Source: Rhodobacter capsulatus SB 1003
GTDB lineage: Bacteria; Pseudomonadota; Alphaproteobacteria; Rhodobacterales; Rhodobacteraceae
Direction: 5' to 3'
DNA length: 32,000 bases
Assembly: GCF_000021865.1 (NCBI RefSeq)
Contig: NC_014034.1
Coordinates: forward strand, 2,160,001 to 2,192,000
The notes under the pieces: generated by a model
Seen by the model: the letters and a program-made list of their open reading frames with translations, nothing else
Databases searched by the model: none
Told to the model about the DNA's origin: nothing
In this document: one piece after another, positions 16,387 through 26,467 of the stretch
How positions within the stretch are numbered: the first letter of the stretch is position 1
Layout: each line of letters starts with the position of its first letter
Translations under genes and position numbers: made by a program

Positions 16387-17376
16387 TCAGCGCCTCTTCC
16401 GAGGTGATCGAGGGGATGCCCCGATCGGGCTGTCGGTGACCAGCGTCACCCCGGTGTTGACGAAATCGAGCGCGTCGGAATTCACCGGCTTCGTGCCGTC
16501 CTTGGCATAGGCGGCGATCGCCTCGATGCCCTTGGAGGCCATCAGAAGCGGGAATTGCATCGAGGTGGCGCCGATCACGCCCTCCTTGACGTTCTGCACG
16601 CCCGGGCAGCCGCCATCGACCGAGACGATCAGCGCCTGTTTTTCCAGCCCCACCGCCTTGAGCGCCTCATAGGCGCCCGCCGCAGCCGGTTCGTTGATCG
16701 TGTAGACGACATTGATGCCGCTGTCCTTTTGCAAGAGGTTCTCCATCGCGGTGCGGCCGCCCTCTTCGTTGCCGTTCGTCACGTCATTGCCGACGATGCG
16801 GGCGTCGTCCTCGTCACCGATGTCTTTCGGGTCCTTGATGTCGACGCCGAAACCCTTCAGGAAGCCGTTGTCGCGCAGGTAATCGACCGAAATTTCCGAG
16901 GCGTTCAGATCCAGAAGCGCGATCTTCGCCGCCGAAGTGTCGCCCATCTTCGCCGCCGCCCATTTGCCGATCAGCTCGCCCGCCAGGAAATTGTCGGTGG
17001 CAAAGGTCGCATCGGCCGCATCGGCGGGCTCGAAGGGCGTATCCAACGCGATCACCAGCACCCCCGCCTCGCGCGCCTTGCCCACCACCGGCGCCAGGGC
17101 GCGGCTGTCCGACGGCGTGATCAAAATCCCCTTTGCCCCGCCCGCGATGCAGCTTTCGACCGCCGCGATCTGCGTTTCCACATCGCCATCGATCTTGCCC
17201 GCATAGGTCGAGGGCACCAGCCCCATCTCGGTCGCCTTTGCCGAAGCACCTTCCTTCATCTTGACGAAAAGGGTTGGTCGGTCTTGTGTACAGACAGGCC
17301 CCGGTTTCGGCCGAGCCGCCCCGGCCAGCGCGGAAAACGCCAGGCAGAGGCCCCAACAGGGCCAGTTGCGCATCAT
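16387..17376 (-). CDS. periplasmic sugar-binding protein (type I PBP, RbsB/FrcB-like) with probable homopolymer frame errors at both ends
   Basis: The signal peptide is [21 protein letters not shown]. The core includes ...[35 protein letters not shown].... The frame-corrected C-terminus would stop at 16370. Confidence 0.8.
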   Translation of the reverse strand: MMRNWPCWGLCLAFSALAGAARPKPGPVCTQDRPTLFVKMKEGASAKATEMGLVPSTYAGKIDGDVETQIAAVESCIAGGAKGILITPSDSRALAPVVGKAREAGVLVIALDTPFEPADAADATFATDNFLAGELIGKWAAAKMGDTSAAKIALLDLNASEISVDYLRDNGFLKGFGVDIKDPKDIGDEDDARIVGNDVTNGNEEGGRTAMENLLQKDSGINVVYTINEPAAAGAYEALKAVGLEKQALIVSVDGGCPGVQNVKEGVIGATSMQFPLLMASKGIEAIAAYAKDGTKPVNSDALDFVNTGVTLVTDSPIGASPRSPRKRR

Positions 17377-17556
17377 CACGGTCTCTCCTCCCGTTTCACT
17401 GTCGGCCCCTCCTCCGGGGCTCGGACAAAGTCTGACCCGAGTCGGCGCCCCGGTCAATATTTAACTCATGTTGATTTATTATTGAATCCACCCGCTCTGC
17501 CGCCCCCTTTTCGGCGGGCGGCGAAGCCGTTAGGGTTGCGCAGGAAAGGAGCCCCG
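17377..17556. promoter_or_regulatory. divergent promoter region between the sugar ABC operon and the HAD/SorC/smo genes
   Basis: It contains an AT-rich block at 17454-17490 (CAATATTTAACTCATGTTGATTTATTATTGAATCC) in otherwise about 70% GC DNA. Confidence 0.35.
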
Positions 17557-18234
17557 ATGTTCGATCTGATCATCTTCGACTGCGACGGCGTGCTGATCGA
17601 CAGCGAGATCATCTCGGCGCAGATGCTGATTGCGGAACTCGCGCTGAACGGCGTGACGATCGATCTCGATTATGTGGCGACGCATTTTCTGGGCCGCTCC
17701 TATCCAACGGTGCTGCAGCAGGTGCGCCGCGATTTCGCGCTGGATCTGCCCACCGATTTCGAAACCCGCTACCGCGAACGGCTGCTGGCGGCCTTTGAAC
17801 GTGATATGCAGGTGATGCCGGGGGTGGCGGCGCTGCTGGACCGGCTCACCCTGCCCTGGTGCGTGGCGACCTCCTCCTCGCGCCCGCGGGCCGAGCGTTC
17901 GTTGGAAATTGCCGATCTTTCCCAAAGGGTTGGAAGCCGTCTTTACACTGCCTCCCAGGTCGAACGCGGCAAGCCCGCGCCCGATCTTTTCCTGCTTGCG
18001 GCGCGGCAGATGGGCGCCGATCCGGCCCGCTGCCTGGTGATCGAGGACAGCCTGAACGGCATCCGCGCCGGGCTGGCCGCGGGGATGACGGTCTGGCGCT
18101 TCACCGGCGGCAGCCATCTGCGCGGCCGCGATCTGACCGCGCCCGAGGACGCCCGCCCGGCGCTTGATTTCGACGATTTCGGGCAGCTCGGCGCCTTGCT
18201 GCCCGGCGCCTTTGACGGAAAGACCCCCCGATGA
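17557..18234 (+). CDS. HAD-superfamily hydrolase (subfamily IA variant 3, phosphatase/beta-PGM-like)
   Basis: MFDLIIFDCDGVLIDSE carries the DxDGxxxDS motif; SSS/RGKPAPD and EDSLNGIRAG motifs follow. The ATG at 17557 follows AAGGAG. The track's 559-aa ORF is an upstream extension antisense to the binding-protein gene. Confidence 0.85.
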   Translation: MFDLIIFDCDGVLIDSEIISAQMLIAELALNGVTIDLDYVATHFLGRSYPTVLQQVRRDFALDLPTDFETRYRERLLAAFERDMQVMPGVAALLDRLTLPWCVATSSSRPRAERSLEIADLSQRVGSRLYTASQVERGKPAPDLFLLAARQMGADPARCLVIEDSLNGIRAGLAAGMTVWRFTGGSHLRGRDLTAPEDARPALDFDDFGQLGALLPGAFDGKTPR

Positions 18235-19175
18235 CCGAGCCCGAGATCTCGCCCCAGGACGAGGCCGCCCGCGCGGGCTGGCTTTATTATGTCGGCGGCC
18301 TGACCCAGGATCAGGTGGCGGCCGAACTGGGTGTGTCGCGCCAGCGCGCGCAGCGTCTGGTGGCGAAGGCGATGGCCGACGGGCTGGTGCATGTGCGGCT
18401 GGAACACAAGATTTCCGCCTGTCTCGATCTGGAAGTCGCGCTGAGCCGCCGCTTTGCGCTCAAGCTCGCCCGGGTCGTACCCGCCCTGCCCGCCGGCGTC
18501 GATACCGCCCGCGGCACCGCCCCCGCCGCGGCGCAGCTGCTGGAACGCTACCTTGCCCAGCCCGAGCCGCTGATCATCGCCTTCGGCACCGGCCGCTCGC
18601 TCTCGGCGATGGCGGCCGAGGTGATCCGCACCCCGCTTGCCGCCCATCGCATCGTCTCGCTGATCTCGAACATCGCGCCCGACGGCTCGGCCAGTTTCTA
18701 TGACGTGATCCTGCGCATGGCCGACAAGCTGCAGCTGCCGCATTACCCGATGCTGGTGCCGGTCATCACCGACACGATCGCCGAACGCGCGCTTTTCAAC
18801 GCCTTGCGCCCGGTGCAGGCGGTGATGGAACTGGCGGCAAGGGCCGATGTCACCTTTGTCGGCATCGGCCAGCTGAACGACGAGGCGCCGCTTTTCAAGG
18901 ACGGCTTCATCACCCGCGCCCAGCATGCCGAATTGCAGGCCGCGGGCGCCGTGGGCGAGATCGTCGGCGGCATCTTCGACGCCGAGGGCCGCTACATCGA
19001 CACCGAGACGACACGGCTGATCGGCTCGTTCCGAATTCCCGCGGAACGCGAGCAGCCGGTGATCGGCATCGCCGCCGGCCTGTCGAAACAGGCCGCGATC
19101 CGGGCCGCGCTGCGGGGGCGGCTGATCAACGGCCTTGTCACCGACGAATCGACCGCCCGCGCGCTTCTGGCCTGA
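18231..19175 (+). CDS. SorC/DeoR-family sugar-binding transcriptional regulator
   Basis: The HTH is GGLTQDQVAAELGVSRQRAQRLVAKAMADGLVHVRLE, followed by a SorC sugar-binding domain. The start overlaps the HAD stop (ATGA). Confidence 0.88.
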   Translation: MTEPEISPQDEAARAGWLYYVGGLTQDQVAAELGVSRQRAQRLVAKAMADGLVHVRLEHKISACLDLEVALSRRFALKLARVVPALPAGVDTARGTAPAAAQLLERYLAQPEPLIIAFGTGRSLSAMAAEVIRTPLAAHRIVSLISNIAPDGSASFYDVILRMADKLQLPHYPMLVPVITDTIAERALFNALRPVQAVMELAARADVTFVGIGQLNDEAPLFKDGFITRAQHAELQAAGAVGEIVGGIFDAEGRYIDTETTRLIGSFRIPAEREQPVIGIAAGLSKQAAIRAALRGRLINGLVTDESTARALLA

Positions 19176-19237
19176 GCGCGTCGCAAACCGCCCCCAAAAC
19201 GTCGCAATCCCCCCGTTTGACGCCCGAAAATTTCGTC

Positions 19238-19270
19238 GTTGACAGAAGCGTGACCTTCTGTGAACATTTT
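19238..19270 (+). promoter_or_regulatory. candidate smo promoter/operator
   Basis: TTGACA at 19238-19243 overlaps the palindrome CAGAAG-CGTGAC-CTTCTG (19242-19259), about 50 nt upstream of smoE. Confidence 0.3.
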
Positions 19271-19311
19271 CTCATTGGTTGGGCATTTGCTCACACTCTG
19301 GGAGGAGAACC

Positions 19312-20625
19312 ATGAAGATCACGATCCGGGCGCTGATGGGCGCCTGCGCGTTTGGCGCGCTTGCAACTGCTGCGTTTGCGGAAACCACCATCACCGTCGC
19401 GACCGTGAACAACGGCGACATGGTGCGCATGCAGGGGCTGATGGACGACTTCTACAAGGCGAACCCCGACATCAAGGTCGAATGGGTGACGCTGGAAGAA
19501 AACGTGCTGCGCCAGAAGGTGACGACCGACATCGCGACCAAGGGCGGTCAGTATGACGTGATGACGATCGGCACCTACGAGGCGCCGATCTGGGGCAAGC
19601 AGGGCTGGCTTTTGCCGCTCGACTTCCCGGCCAGCTACGATGTCGACGACCTTCTGCCCGCGATCCGGAACGGTCTGACCGTGGATGGCAAGCTTTACGC
19701 CGCGCCCTTCTATGGCGAAAGCTCGATGATCATGTATCGCACCGACCTGATGGAAAAGGCCGGGCTCACGATGCCCGCCGAGCCCACCTGGGACGACGTC
19801 AAGGCCGCCGCGAAAGCGATGACCGACAAGGAGAAAGAGATCTACGGCATCTGCCTGCGCGGCAAGGCGGGCTGGGGCGAGAACATGGCCTTCCTGTCGG
19901 CGATGGCGAACAGCTATGGCGCGAAATGGTTCGACATGGACTGGAAGCCGCAGTTCGACGGCGAAGCCTGGAAGGCGACGCTGACCGACTACATCGACAT
20001 GATGACGAACAATGGCCCCCCCGGCGCGTCGAACAACGGCTTCAACGAGAACCTGGCGCTCTTCCAGCAGGGCCATTGCGGCATGTGGATCGATGCGACC
20101 GTGGCCGCCTCTTTCGTGACCAACCCCAAGGACTCGGCCGTGGCCGATCATGTCGGCTTCGGCTGGCCCGAACAAGGCGGTGTCCGCAAGCATGGCAACT
20201 GGCTCTGGGCCTGGAACCCTCGCCAATTCCGGCGGGCACGCAAAAAGGCCGAGGCGGCGCTGAAATTCGTCGAATGGGCGACCTCCAAGGACTACACCGC
20301 CCTTGTCGCCAGCAAGGAAGGCTGGGCGAACGTGCCCCCGGGCACCCGGACCTCGCTTTATGAAAACCCGGAATATCAAAAGGTTTCCTTCGCGGCGATG
20401 ACGCTGAATTCGATCAACGCGGCCGATCCGACGCATCCGACCGTGGACCCGGTTCCCTATGTCGGCGTGCAATTCGTGGCGATCCCGGAATTCCAGGGCA
20501 TCGGCACGGCGGTCGGGCAGCAATTCTCGGCGGCGCTTGCGGGCACCACCTCGGCCGAGGATGCGCTGGCCGCGGCGCAGGCGCTGACCACCCGCGAGAT
20601 GACCAAGGCCGGTTACATCAAGTAA
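19312..20625 (+). CDS. smoE: polyol (sorbitol/mannitol) ABC transporter substrate-binding protein
   Basis: The signal peptide is MKITIRALMGACAFGALATAAFA, and the rest is a family-1 solute-binding protein. Gene order matches my recollection of the R. sphaeroides smoEFGKS-mtlK operon. There is a local frame anomaly at 20217-20246. Confidence 0.88.
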   Translation: MKITIRALMGACAFGALATAAFAETTITVATVNNGDMVRMQGLMDDFYKANPDIKVEWVTLEENVLRQKVTTDIATKGGQYDVMTIGTYEAPIWGKQGWLLPLDFPASYDVDDLLPAIRNGLTVDGKLYAAPFYGESSMIMYRTDLMEKAGLTMPAEPTWDDVKAAAKAMTDKEKEIYGICLRGKAGWGENMAFLSAMANSYGAKWFDMDWKPQFDGEAWKATLTDYIDMMTNNGPPGASNNGFNENLALFQQGHCGMWIDATVAASFVTNPKDSAVADHVGFGWPEQGGVRKHGNWLWAWNPRQFRRARKKAEAALKFVEWATSKDYTALVASKEGWANVPPGTRTSLYENPEYQKVSFAAMTLNSINAADPTHPTVDPVPYVGVQFVAIPEFQGIGTAVGQQFSAALAGTTSAEDALAAAQALTTREMTKAGYIK

Positions 20626-20631
20626 GATCCG

Positions 20632-20723
20632 CCCGGGGGGCTGCCGTCCGGCGGCACCCCGGAACGGCGGGGGCGGCCTTGGCCGCCCCGCACCCGGTCG
20701 GGCCGGGCCAATCGCCCGACCGG
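20632..20723 (+). promoter_or_regulatory. three GC-rich intercistronic stem-loops between smoE and smoF
   Basis: The strongest two are GGGGCGGCC-TT-GGCCGCCCC (20669-20688) and CCCGGTCGGGC-N10-GCCCGACCGGG (20692-20723). There is also an imperfect hairpin at 20632-20660. None has a T-tract. Confidence 0.45.
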
Positions 20724-20784
20724 GCCCCTGGCGGCGCGGCCTTCCATGCCGCCCGCCTTTCCCCTTCTTTTGCCGGAGCAGTCG

Positions 20785-21657
20785 ATGTCGACCCAAGCCT
20801 CGCGCACCGCCGCCCGCCTGATGATCTCGCCCGCCGTTCTGTTGCTTTTGGGCTGGATGATCATCCCCCTTGCCATGACGCTGTGGTTTTCGATGCAGCG
20901 CTACAACCTGCTCATGCCCGGCATGGGCGGCTTCACCGGCCTTGACAATTACCGCTATTTCCTGACCGATCCGGCCTTCTTCGACGCGATCCGCAATACG
21001 CTGGTGCTGGTGCTGGGCGTTCTGGCCATCACCACGCTGGGCGGGCTTTTGCTGGCGCTGCTGCTCGATCAGCCCTTCTGGGGTCAGGGCATCCTGCGCG
21101 TCCTTGTCATTGCGCCTTTCTTCGTCATGCCCACTGTCTCGGCGCTGGTCTGGAAGAACATGTTCCTCAATCCGGTGAACGGGCTTTTCGCCCATCTGGC
21201 AAAAAGCTTCGGGCTGCAACCCTATGACTTTCTTGCGCAATCGCCGCTTGCCTCGGTCGTGCTGATCGTCGCCTGGCAATGGCTGCCCTTTGCCACGCTG
21301 ATCTTGCTGACCGCGTTGCAATCGCTGGACAGCGAGCAGCTGGAAGCGGCCGAGATGGACGGCGCCGGTCCCTTTGCGCGCTTCTTTCACGTCATGCTGC
21401 CGCATCTGGCGCGCGCCATCACCGTCGTCATCCTGATCCAGACGATCTTTCTTCTGTCCACCTTCGCCGAAATCCTGGTGACCACGAACGGCGGCCCCGG
21501 CACGGCTTCGACCACGCTGACCTATCTCGTCTATGTCCAGTCGCTTCTGCAATTCGACGTGGGGTCCGGCGCGGCGGGCGGCATCGTCGCGGTCGTTCTG
21601 GCCAATATCGTTGCGATCTTCCTGATGCGGATGATCGGCAAGAACCTGGAGAATTGA
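20785..21657 (+). CDS. smoF: polyol ABC transporter permease
   Basis: This is a MalF/UgpA-type permease with an EAA-like loop (EQLEAAEMDGAGPFARFFHVMLP). The ATG at 20785 follows GGAG. Confidence 0.9.
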   Translation: MSTQASRTAARLMISPAVLLLLGWMIIPLAMTLWFSMQRYNLLMPGMGGFTGLDNYRYFLTDPAFFDAIRNTLVLVLGVLAITTLGGLLLALLLDQPFWGQGILRVLVIAPFFVMPTVSALVWKNMFLNPVNGLFAHLAKSFGLQPYDFLAQSPLASVVLIVAWQWLPFATLILLTALQSLDSEQLEAAEMDGAGPFARFFHVMLPHLARAITVVILIQTIFLLSTFAEILVTTNGGPGTASTTLTYLVYVQSLLQFDVGSGAAGGIVAVVLANIVAIFLMRMIGKNLEN

Positions 21658-21660
21658 GCC

Positions 21661-22491
21661 ATGGCCCGTGCCGTCACGACCCGCCGCAAGGCGCTTGTCA
21701 CCCTCCTCGCCTGGAGCATCGGGCTGGCGCTTTTCTTCCCGATCCTCTGGACGGTGATCCTCTCCTTCAAGACCGAGGGCGACGCCATCGCCGCGCCGCT
21801 GAAGGTGCTGACCTCGCCCTTCACGCTCGAAAGCTACGGCGTCGTGCAGGAACGCTCGAACTACTTCCTGCACTTCTGGAACTCGGTCGTGATCTCGCTC
21901 GGCTCCACCCTGCTGGCGCTTCTCGTCGCGATCCCGGCCGCCTGGGCCATGGCCTTCGTGCCGGGGCCGAAGACGAAAGACCTTCTGATGTGGATGCTCT
22001 CGACCAAGATGATGCCCGCCGTGGGCGTTCTGGTGCCGATCTATCTGATCTTCCGCGATCTGGGGCTTCTCGATAGCCGCATCGGCCTTGTGGTCGTGCT
22101 GATGCTGATGAACCTGCCGATCGTGATCTGGATGCTGTACACCTATTTCCGCGAAATCCCGGGCGAGATCCTGGAAGCCGCGCGGATGGACGGGGCAACG
22201 CTGAAGGACGAGCTGATCCATGTGCTGACGCCGATGGCCGTGCCCGGCATCGCCTCGACGCTGCTTTTGAACGTCATCCTTGCCTGGAACGAGGCCTTCT
22301 GGACGCTGCAGCTGACCACGTCGAAGGCCGCCCCCCTCACCACCTTCATCGCCGGCTATTCCAGCCCCGAAGGTCTTTTCTACGCAAAACTCTCGGCCGC
22401 CTCGACACTGGCAATCGCACCGATCCTGATCCTGGGCTGGTTCAGCCAGAAACAGCTGGTGCGCGGTCTGACCTTCGGCGCGGTGAAGTAA
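21661..22491 (+). CDS. smoG: polyol ABC transporter permease
   Basis: This is a MalG/UgpE-type permease with the EAA loop EILEAARMDGATLKDELIHVLTP. Confidence 0.9.
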   Translation: MARAVTTRRKALVTLLAWSIGLALFFPILWTVILSFKTEGDAIAAPLKVLTSPFTLESYGVVQERSNYFLHFWNSVVISLGSTLLALLVAIPAAWAMAFVPGPKTKDLLMWMLSTKMMPAVGVLVPIYLIFRDLGLLDSRIGLVVVLMLMNLPIVIWMLYTYFREIPGEILEAARMDGATLKDELIHVLTPMAVPGIASTLLLNVILAWNEAFWTLQLTTSKAAPLTTFIAGYSSPEGLFYAKLSAASTLAIAPILILGWFSQKQLVRGLTFGAVK

Positions 22492-22500
22492 GGAGCCATC

Positions 22501-23495
<995 letters not shown>

Positions 23496-23499
<4 letters not shown>

Positions 23500-24257
23500 G
23501 ACTGACAGGCAAAAGGGCGCTCATCACCGGCGCCGCGCGCGGCATCGGGCGGGCCTTCGCCGAGGCCTATCTGCGCGAGGGCGCCGATGTCACCATCGGC
23601 GACATCAACCTTGAAGGCGCGCGAAAGACCGCCGCGGAAATCGGCTGCGCGGCGGTGCATCTGGACGTGACCGATCAAGCCAGCATCGACGCCGCGATGG
23701 CGGTGATGCGGGCGGGCGGCGGCATCGACATTCTGATCAACAACGCCGCGATCTTCACCGCCGCGCCGATCGACGAAATCACCCGGGCCGATTACGACCG
23801 CGTCTTTGCGATCAACGTCGCGGGCACGCTGTTCACCCTGCAGGCGGCGGCCAGGGAAATGATCGCGCAGGGCCGTGGCGGCAAGATCATCAACATGGCC
23901 TCCCAAGCGGGACGGCGCGGCGAAAGCCTTGTCGCGGTCTATTGCGCCTCGAAAGCCGCCGTCATCAGCCTGACGCAATCGGCCGGGCTGAACCTGATCG
24001 CGCATGGCATCAACGTCAACGCCATCGCGCCGGGCGTGGTCGATGGCGAGCATTGGGACGGCGTCGACGCCTTCTTTGCGAAATACGAAAAGAAACCCCT
24101 GGGCCAGAAGAAGAAAGAGGTCGGCGCGTCCGTCCCCTTTGGCCGCATGGGAACTGCCGCGGACCTCACCGGCATGGCGATCTTCCTTGCCACTCCCGAG
24201 GCCGATTACATCGTCGCCCAGACGTATAACGTCGACGGCGGCAACTGGATGAGCTGA
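23496..24257 (+). CDS. smoS: short-chain dehydrogenase, sorbitol dehydrogenase-like
   Basis: [21 protein letters not shown] carries the TGxxxGIG motif; the YCASK catalytic motif is also present. The ATG at 23496 overlaps the smoK stop. Confidence 0.88.
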
Positions 24258-24260
24258 AAA

Positions 24261-25727
24261 ATGACCCTCTCGAACGCGACCCTTTCCGCCCTGCCCGTCC
24301 CCGTCGCCGCGCCGCGCTATGACCGCGCGCAGCTGACCCCCGGCATCGTCCATATCGGGCTTGGCAACTTTCACCGCGCGCATCAGGCGGTTTATCTGGA
24401 TGACCTTTTCGGCTTGGGCGAGGGGCACGACTGGGCGCTGATCGGCGCCGGTGTCCGCGCCCCCGATGCCGCGATGCGTGAGGTGCTTCTGGCGCAGGAC
24501 GGCCTGTCCTCGGTGATCGAACTCGCCCCCGGCGCCCATTCCGCCCGCGTGATCGGCGCGATGATCGACTTTGTCGCGGTGCAACCGGGCAATGCCGCGC
24601 TGATCGCCACGATGGCGCGGCCGGAGATCCGCATCGTCAGCCTGACCGTGACCGAGGGCGGCTATTACATCGACCCGAACACCGGCACCTTCAGCCCCGA
24701 TCACCCGGACATTCAGGCCGATGCCGCCCGTCCCGATGCGCCTGACACCGCCTTTGGCGCGATCATCGCCGCGCTGAAGATGCGCCGCGCCGCGGGCGTC
24801 GCCCCCTTCACCGTGATGTGCTGCGACAACGTCCCCCATAACGGCCATGTCACCCGCGATGCGGTGGTGGGGCTGGCGCGGCTCTTCGATGCGGAACTGG
24901 CGGACTGGATCCATGCCTCGGTCGCCTTCCCGAATTCCATGGTCGACCGCATCACCCCGGCCACCGGCGATCGCGAACGGGCGATGGCCGCTGATCTGGG
25001 CCTTGACGATGCCGCGCCGGTGACCTGCGAAACCTTCCGGCAATGGGTGATCGAGGACAAATTCCCCGCAGGCCGTCCGGCGCTCGAAAAGGTCGGTGTC
25101 ACCTTCACCCCGCATGTCGACAAGTTCGAGACGATGAAGATCCGCATCCTGAACGGCGGGCATGCGATCATCGCCTATCCGGGCGGGCTGGCCGACATCG
25201 CCTTCGTGCATGAGGCGATGGCCGATCCGCAGATCCGCGCTTTTCTGAACCGGGTGCTGACGGCCGAGGTGCTGCCGATCGTGCCGCCGGTCCCCGGGCA
25301 GGATCTGAACGATTACAAGGCGCTGATCATCGAGCGGTTCTCGAACCCCGAAGTGGCCGATACGGTGCGCAGGCTTTGCCTCGACGGCTCGAACCGGCAG
25401 CCGAAGTTCATCATCCCCTCGATCCGCGACCGCATCGCGACGGGCGGCAGCTTTGACGGGCTCGTGCTGCTTTCGGCGCTCTGGTGCCGCTACTGCTTCG
25501 GGACGACGGAAAGCGGCGCGGAAATCGCGCCGAATGACCCGAACTGGGAGCGTCTGGTGGCCGTCGCGCAAGCCGCGAAGGACCGGCCCGCGGCCTGGCT
25601 TGAAATGGAAGACATCTATGCCGAGGTCGGGCGCAACCCGGCGGTGATCGAAAGCTTCACCACGGCGCTGAAGGCGATCTGGGCGCGCGGGTCGCGCGCG
25701 GTGATCGCGGATTATCTGGGGCAGTAA
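24261..25727 (+). CDS. mtlK: mannitol 2-dehydrogenase (long-chain MDH family)
   Basis: IVHIGLGNFHRAHQAVYLDDL is the N-terminal dinucleotide fold; MVDRITP and FETMKIRILNGGH blocks follow. Confidence 0.9.
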   Translation: MTLSNATLSALPVPVAAPRYDRAQLTPGIVHIGLGNFHRAHQAVYLDDLFGLGEGHDWALIGAGVRAPDAAMREVLLAQDGLSSVIELAPGAHSARVIGAMIDFVAVQPGNAALIATMARPEIRIVSLTVTEGGYYIDPNTGTFSPDHPDIQADAARPDAPDTAFGAIIAALKMRRAAGVAPFTVMCCDNVPHNGHVTRDAVVGLARLFDAELADWIHASVAFPNSMVDRITPATGDRERAMAADLGLDDAAPVTCETFRQWVIEDKFPAGRPALEKVGVTFTPHVDKFETMKIRILNGGHAIIAYPGGLADIAFVHEAMADPQIRAFLNRVLTAEVLPIVPPVPGQDLNDYKALIIERFSNPEVADTVRRLCLDGSNRQPKFIIPSIRDRIATGGSFDGLVLLSALWCRYCFGTTESGAEIAPNDPNWERLVAVAQAAKDRPAAWLEMEDIYAEVGRNPAVIESFTTALKAIWARGSRAVIADYLGQ

Positions 25728-25752
25728 CTCTCCTCACCCTCCGCCCCGGAAC

Positions 25753-25786
25753 AGGCGGCCCCGCTCCCTCCCGGGCGGGGCCGCCT
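25753..25786 (+). terminator. terminator-like hairpin after mtlK, without a T-tract
   Basis: AGGCGGCCCCG-N12-CGGGGCCGCCT is an 11-bp stem. It is followed by GATG, so intrinsic termination is uncertain. Confidence 0.35.
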
Positions 25787-25829
25787 GATGTGCAAAGCGG
25801 TTTCGCCTCGGCGGTGCCGAGGCGACCCT

Positions 25830-25980
25830 GCGGGGGCTCCGCCCCGCACCCCCCGGCGTATTTATCCCAAGAAAAAGCAGCGGCTTGCCCCGAAGGCCTT
25901 GTTTTTGATGGCACAAGAAACGCCGAACCGCCCCTTTCACCTTGGCTCAAATATCCCGGGGGTCCGGGGGCGGAGCCCGC
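25830..25980. repeat. MITE-like inverted-repeat pair with ~48-nt arms
   Basis: The left arm (25830-25877) is GCGGGGGCTCCGCCCCGCACCCCCCGGCGTATTTATCCCAAGAAAAAG. The reverse complement of the right arm (25931-25980) is GCGGGCTCCGCCCCCGGACCCCCGGGATATTTGAGCCAAGGTGAAAGGGG. Confidence 0.7.
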
Positions 25981-26231
25981 CGGGTCTCCTCCGGGAGCAA
26001 GGCCGAGGCGAGACACCCCAGCGCCACCGACCGACTTGCGACGGCCTGTCGCGCAAAAGCCCGGCCAGGCAGGACGGCTATGCCTTGACCCTTCGGACCG
26101 GGTTGGGAATGATCGCCCGACGCCAGGCGGGATCTTCCCGACTCAGCCGCAAGGACCGCAGCGATGTTGAACCCGTCCGAACTTCCGCAGCTCCCGGCGG
26201 GCCGCTGGCCGAGCATCGGCCGCTTGGGCAG

Positions 26232-26462
26232 ATGCACAAGGGCTATTCGGGCCATGTCTTCCACATCGCCGCCGCCGCGCATTCCGCCAGCCTGCCCGCC
26301 GCGGAAATGGAACGCCGCCTGATCGAGCTTGGCTTCATCGAAGGCGCCAAAGTCACGATCCTGCACGAAGGCCTCTTCGGGCGCGACCCGATCGCGGTCC
26401 GGGTGAACGGCACCACCGTCGCGCTGCGTCGCCGCGAGGCGATGGCCATTCTCGTGTCCTGA
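26232..26462 (+). CDS. feoA: ferrous iron transport protein A
   Basis: MHKGYSGHVFHI...RRLIELGFIEGAKVTILHEGLFGRDPIAVRVNGTTVALRRREAMAILV has the FeoA SH3-like pattern. The true start may instead be the SD-led ATG at 26164, which lies in another frame and would need a homopolymer frameshift near 26190-26200. Confidence 0.75.
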   Translation: MHKGYSGHVFHIAAAAHSASLPAAEMERRLIELGFIEGAKVTILHEGLFGRDPIAVRVNGTTVALRRREAMAILVS

Positions 26463-26467
26463 CCCCG

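Noticed and set aside
16555-18234. Track ORFs with long N-terminal extensions: the 559-aa HAD ORF, the 224-aa feoA ORF from 25788, tig from 5992, smoS from 23310, EamA to 10729 and FAH to 14542.
   Set aside because: The extensions run through intergenic or antisense DNA, lack homology and start at alternative codons. Internal ATGs with good SD sequences coincide with the conserved family N-termini.
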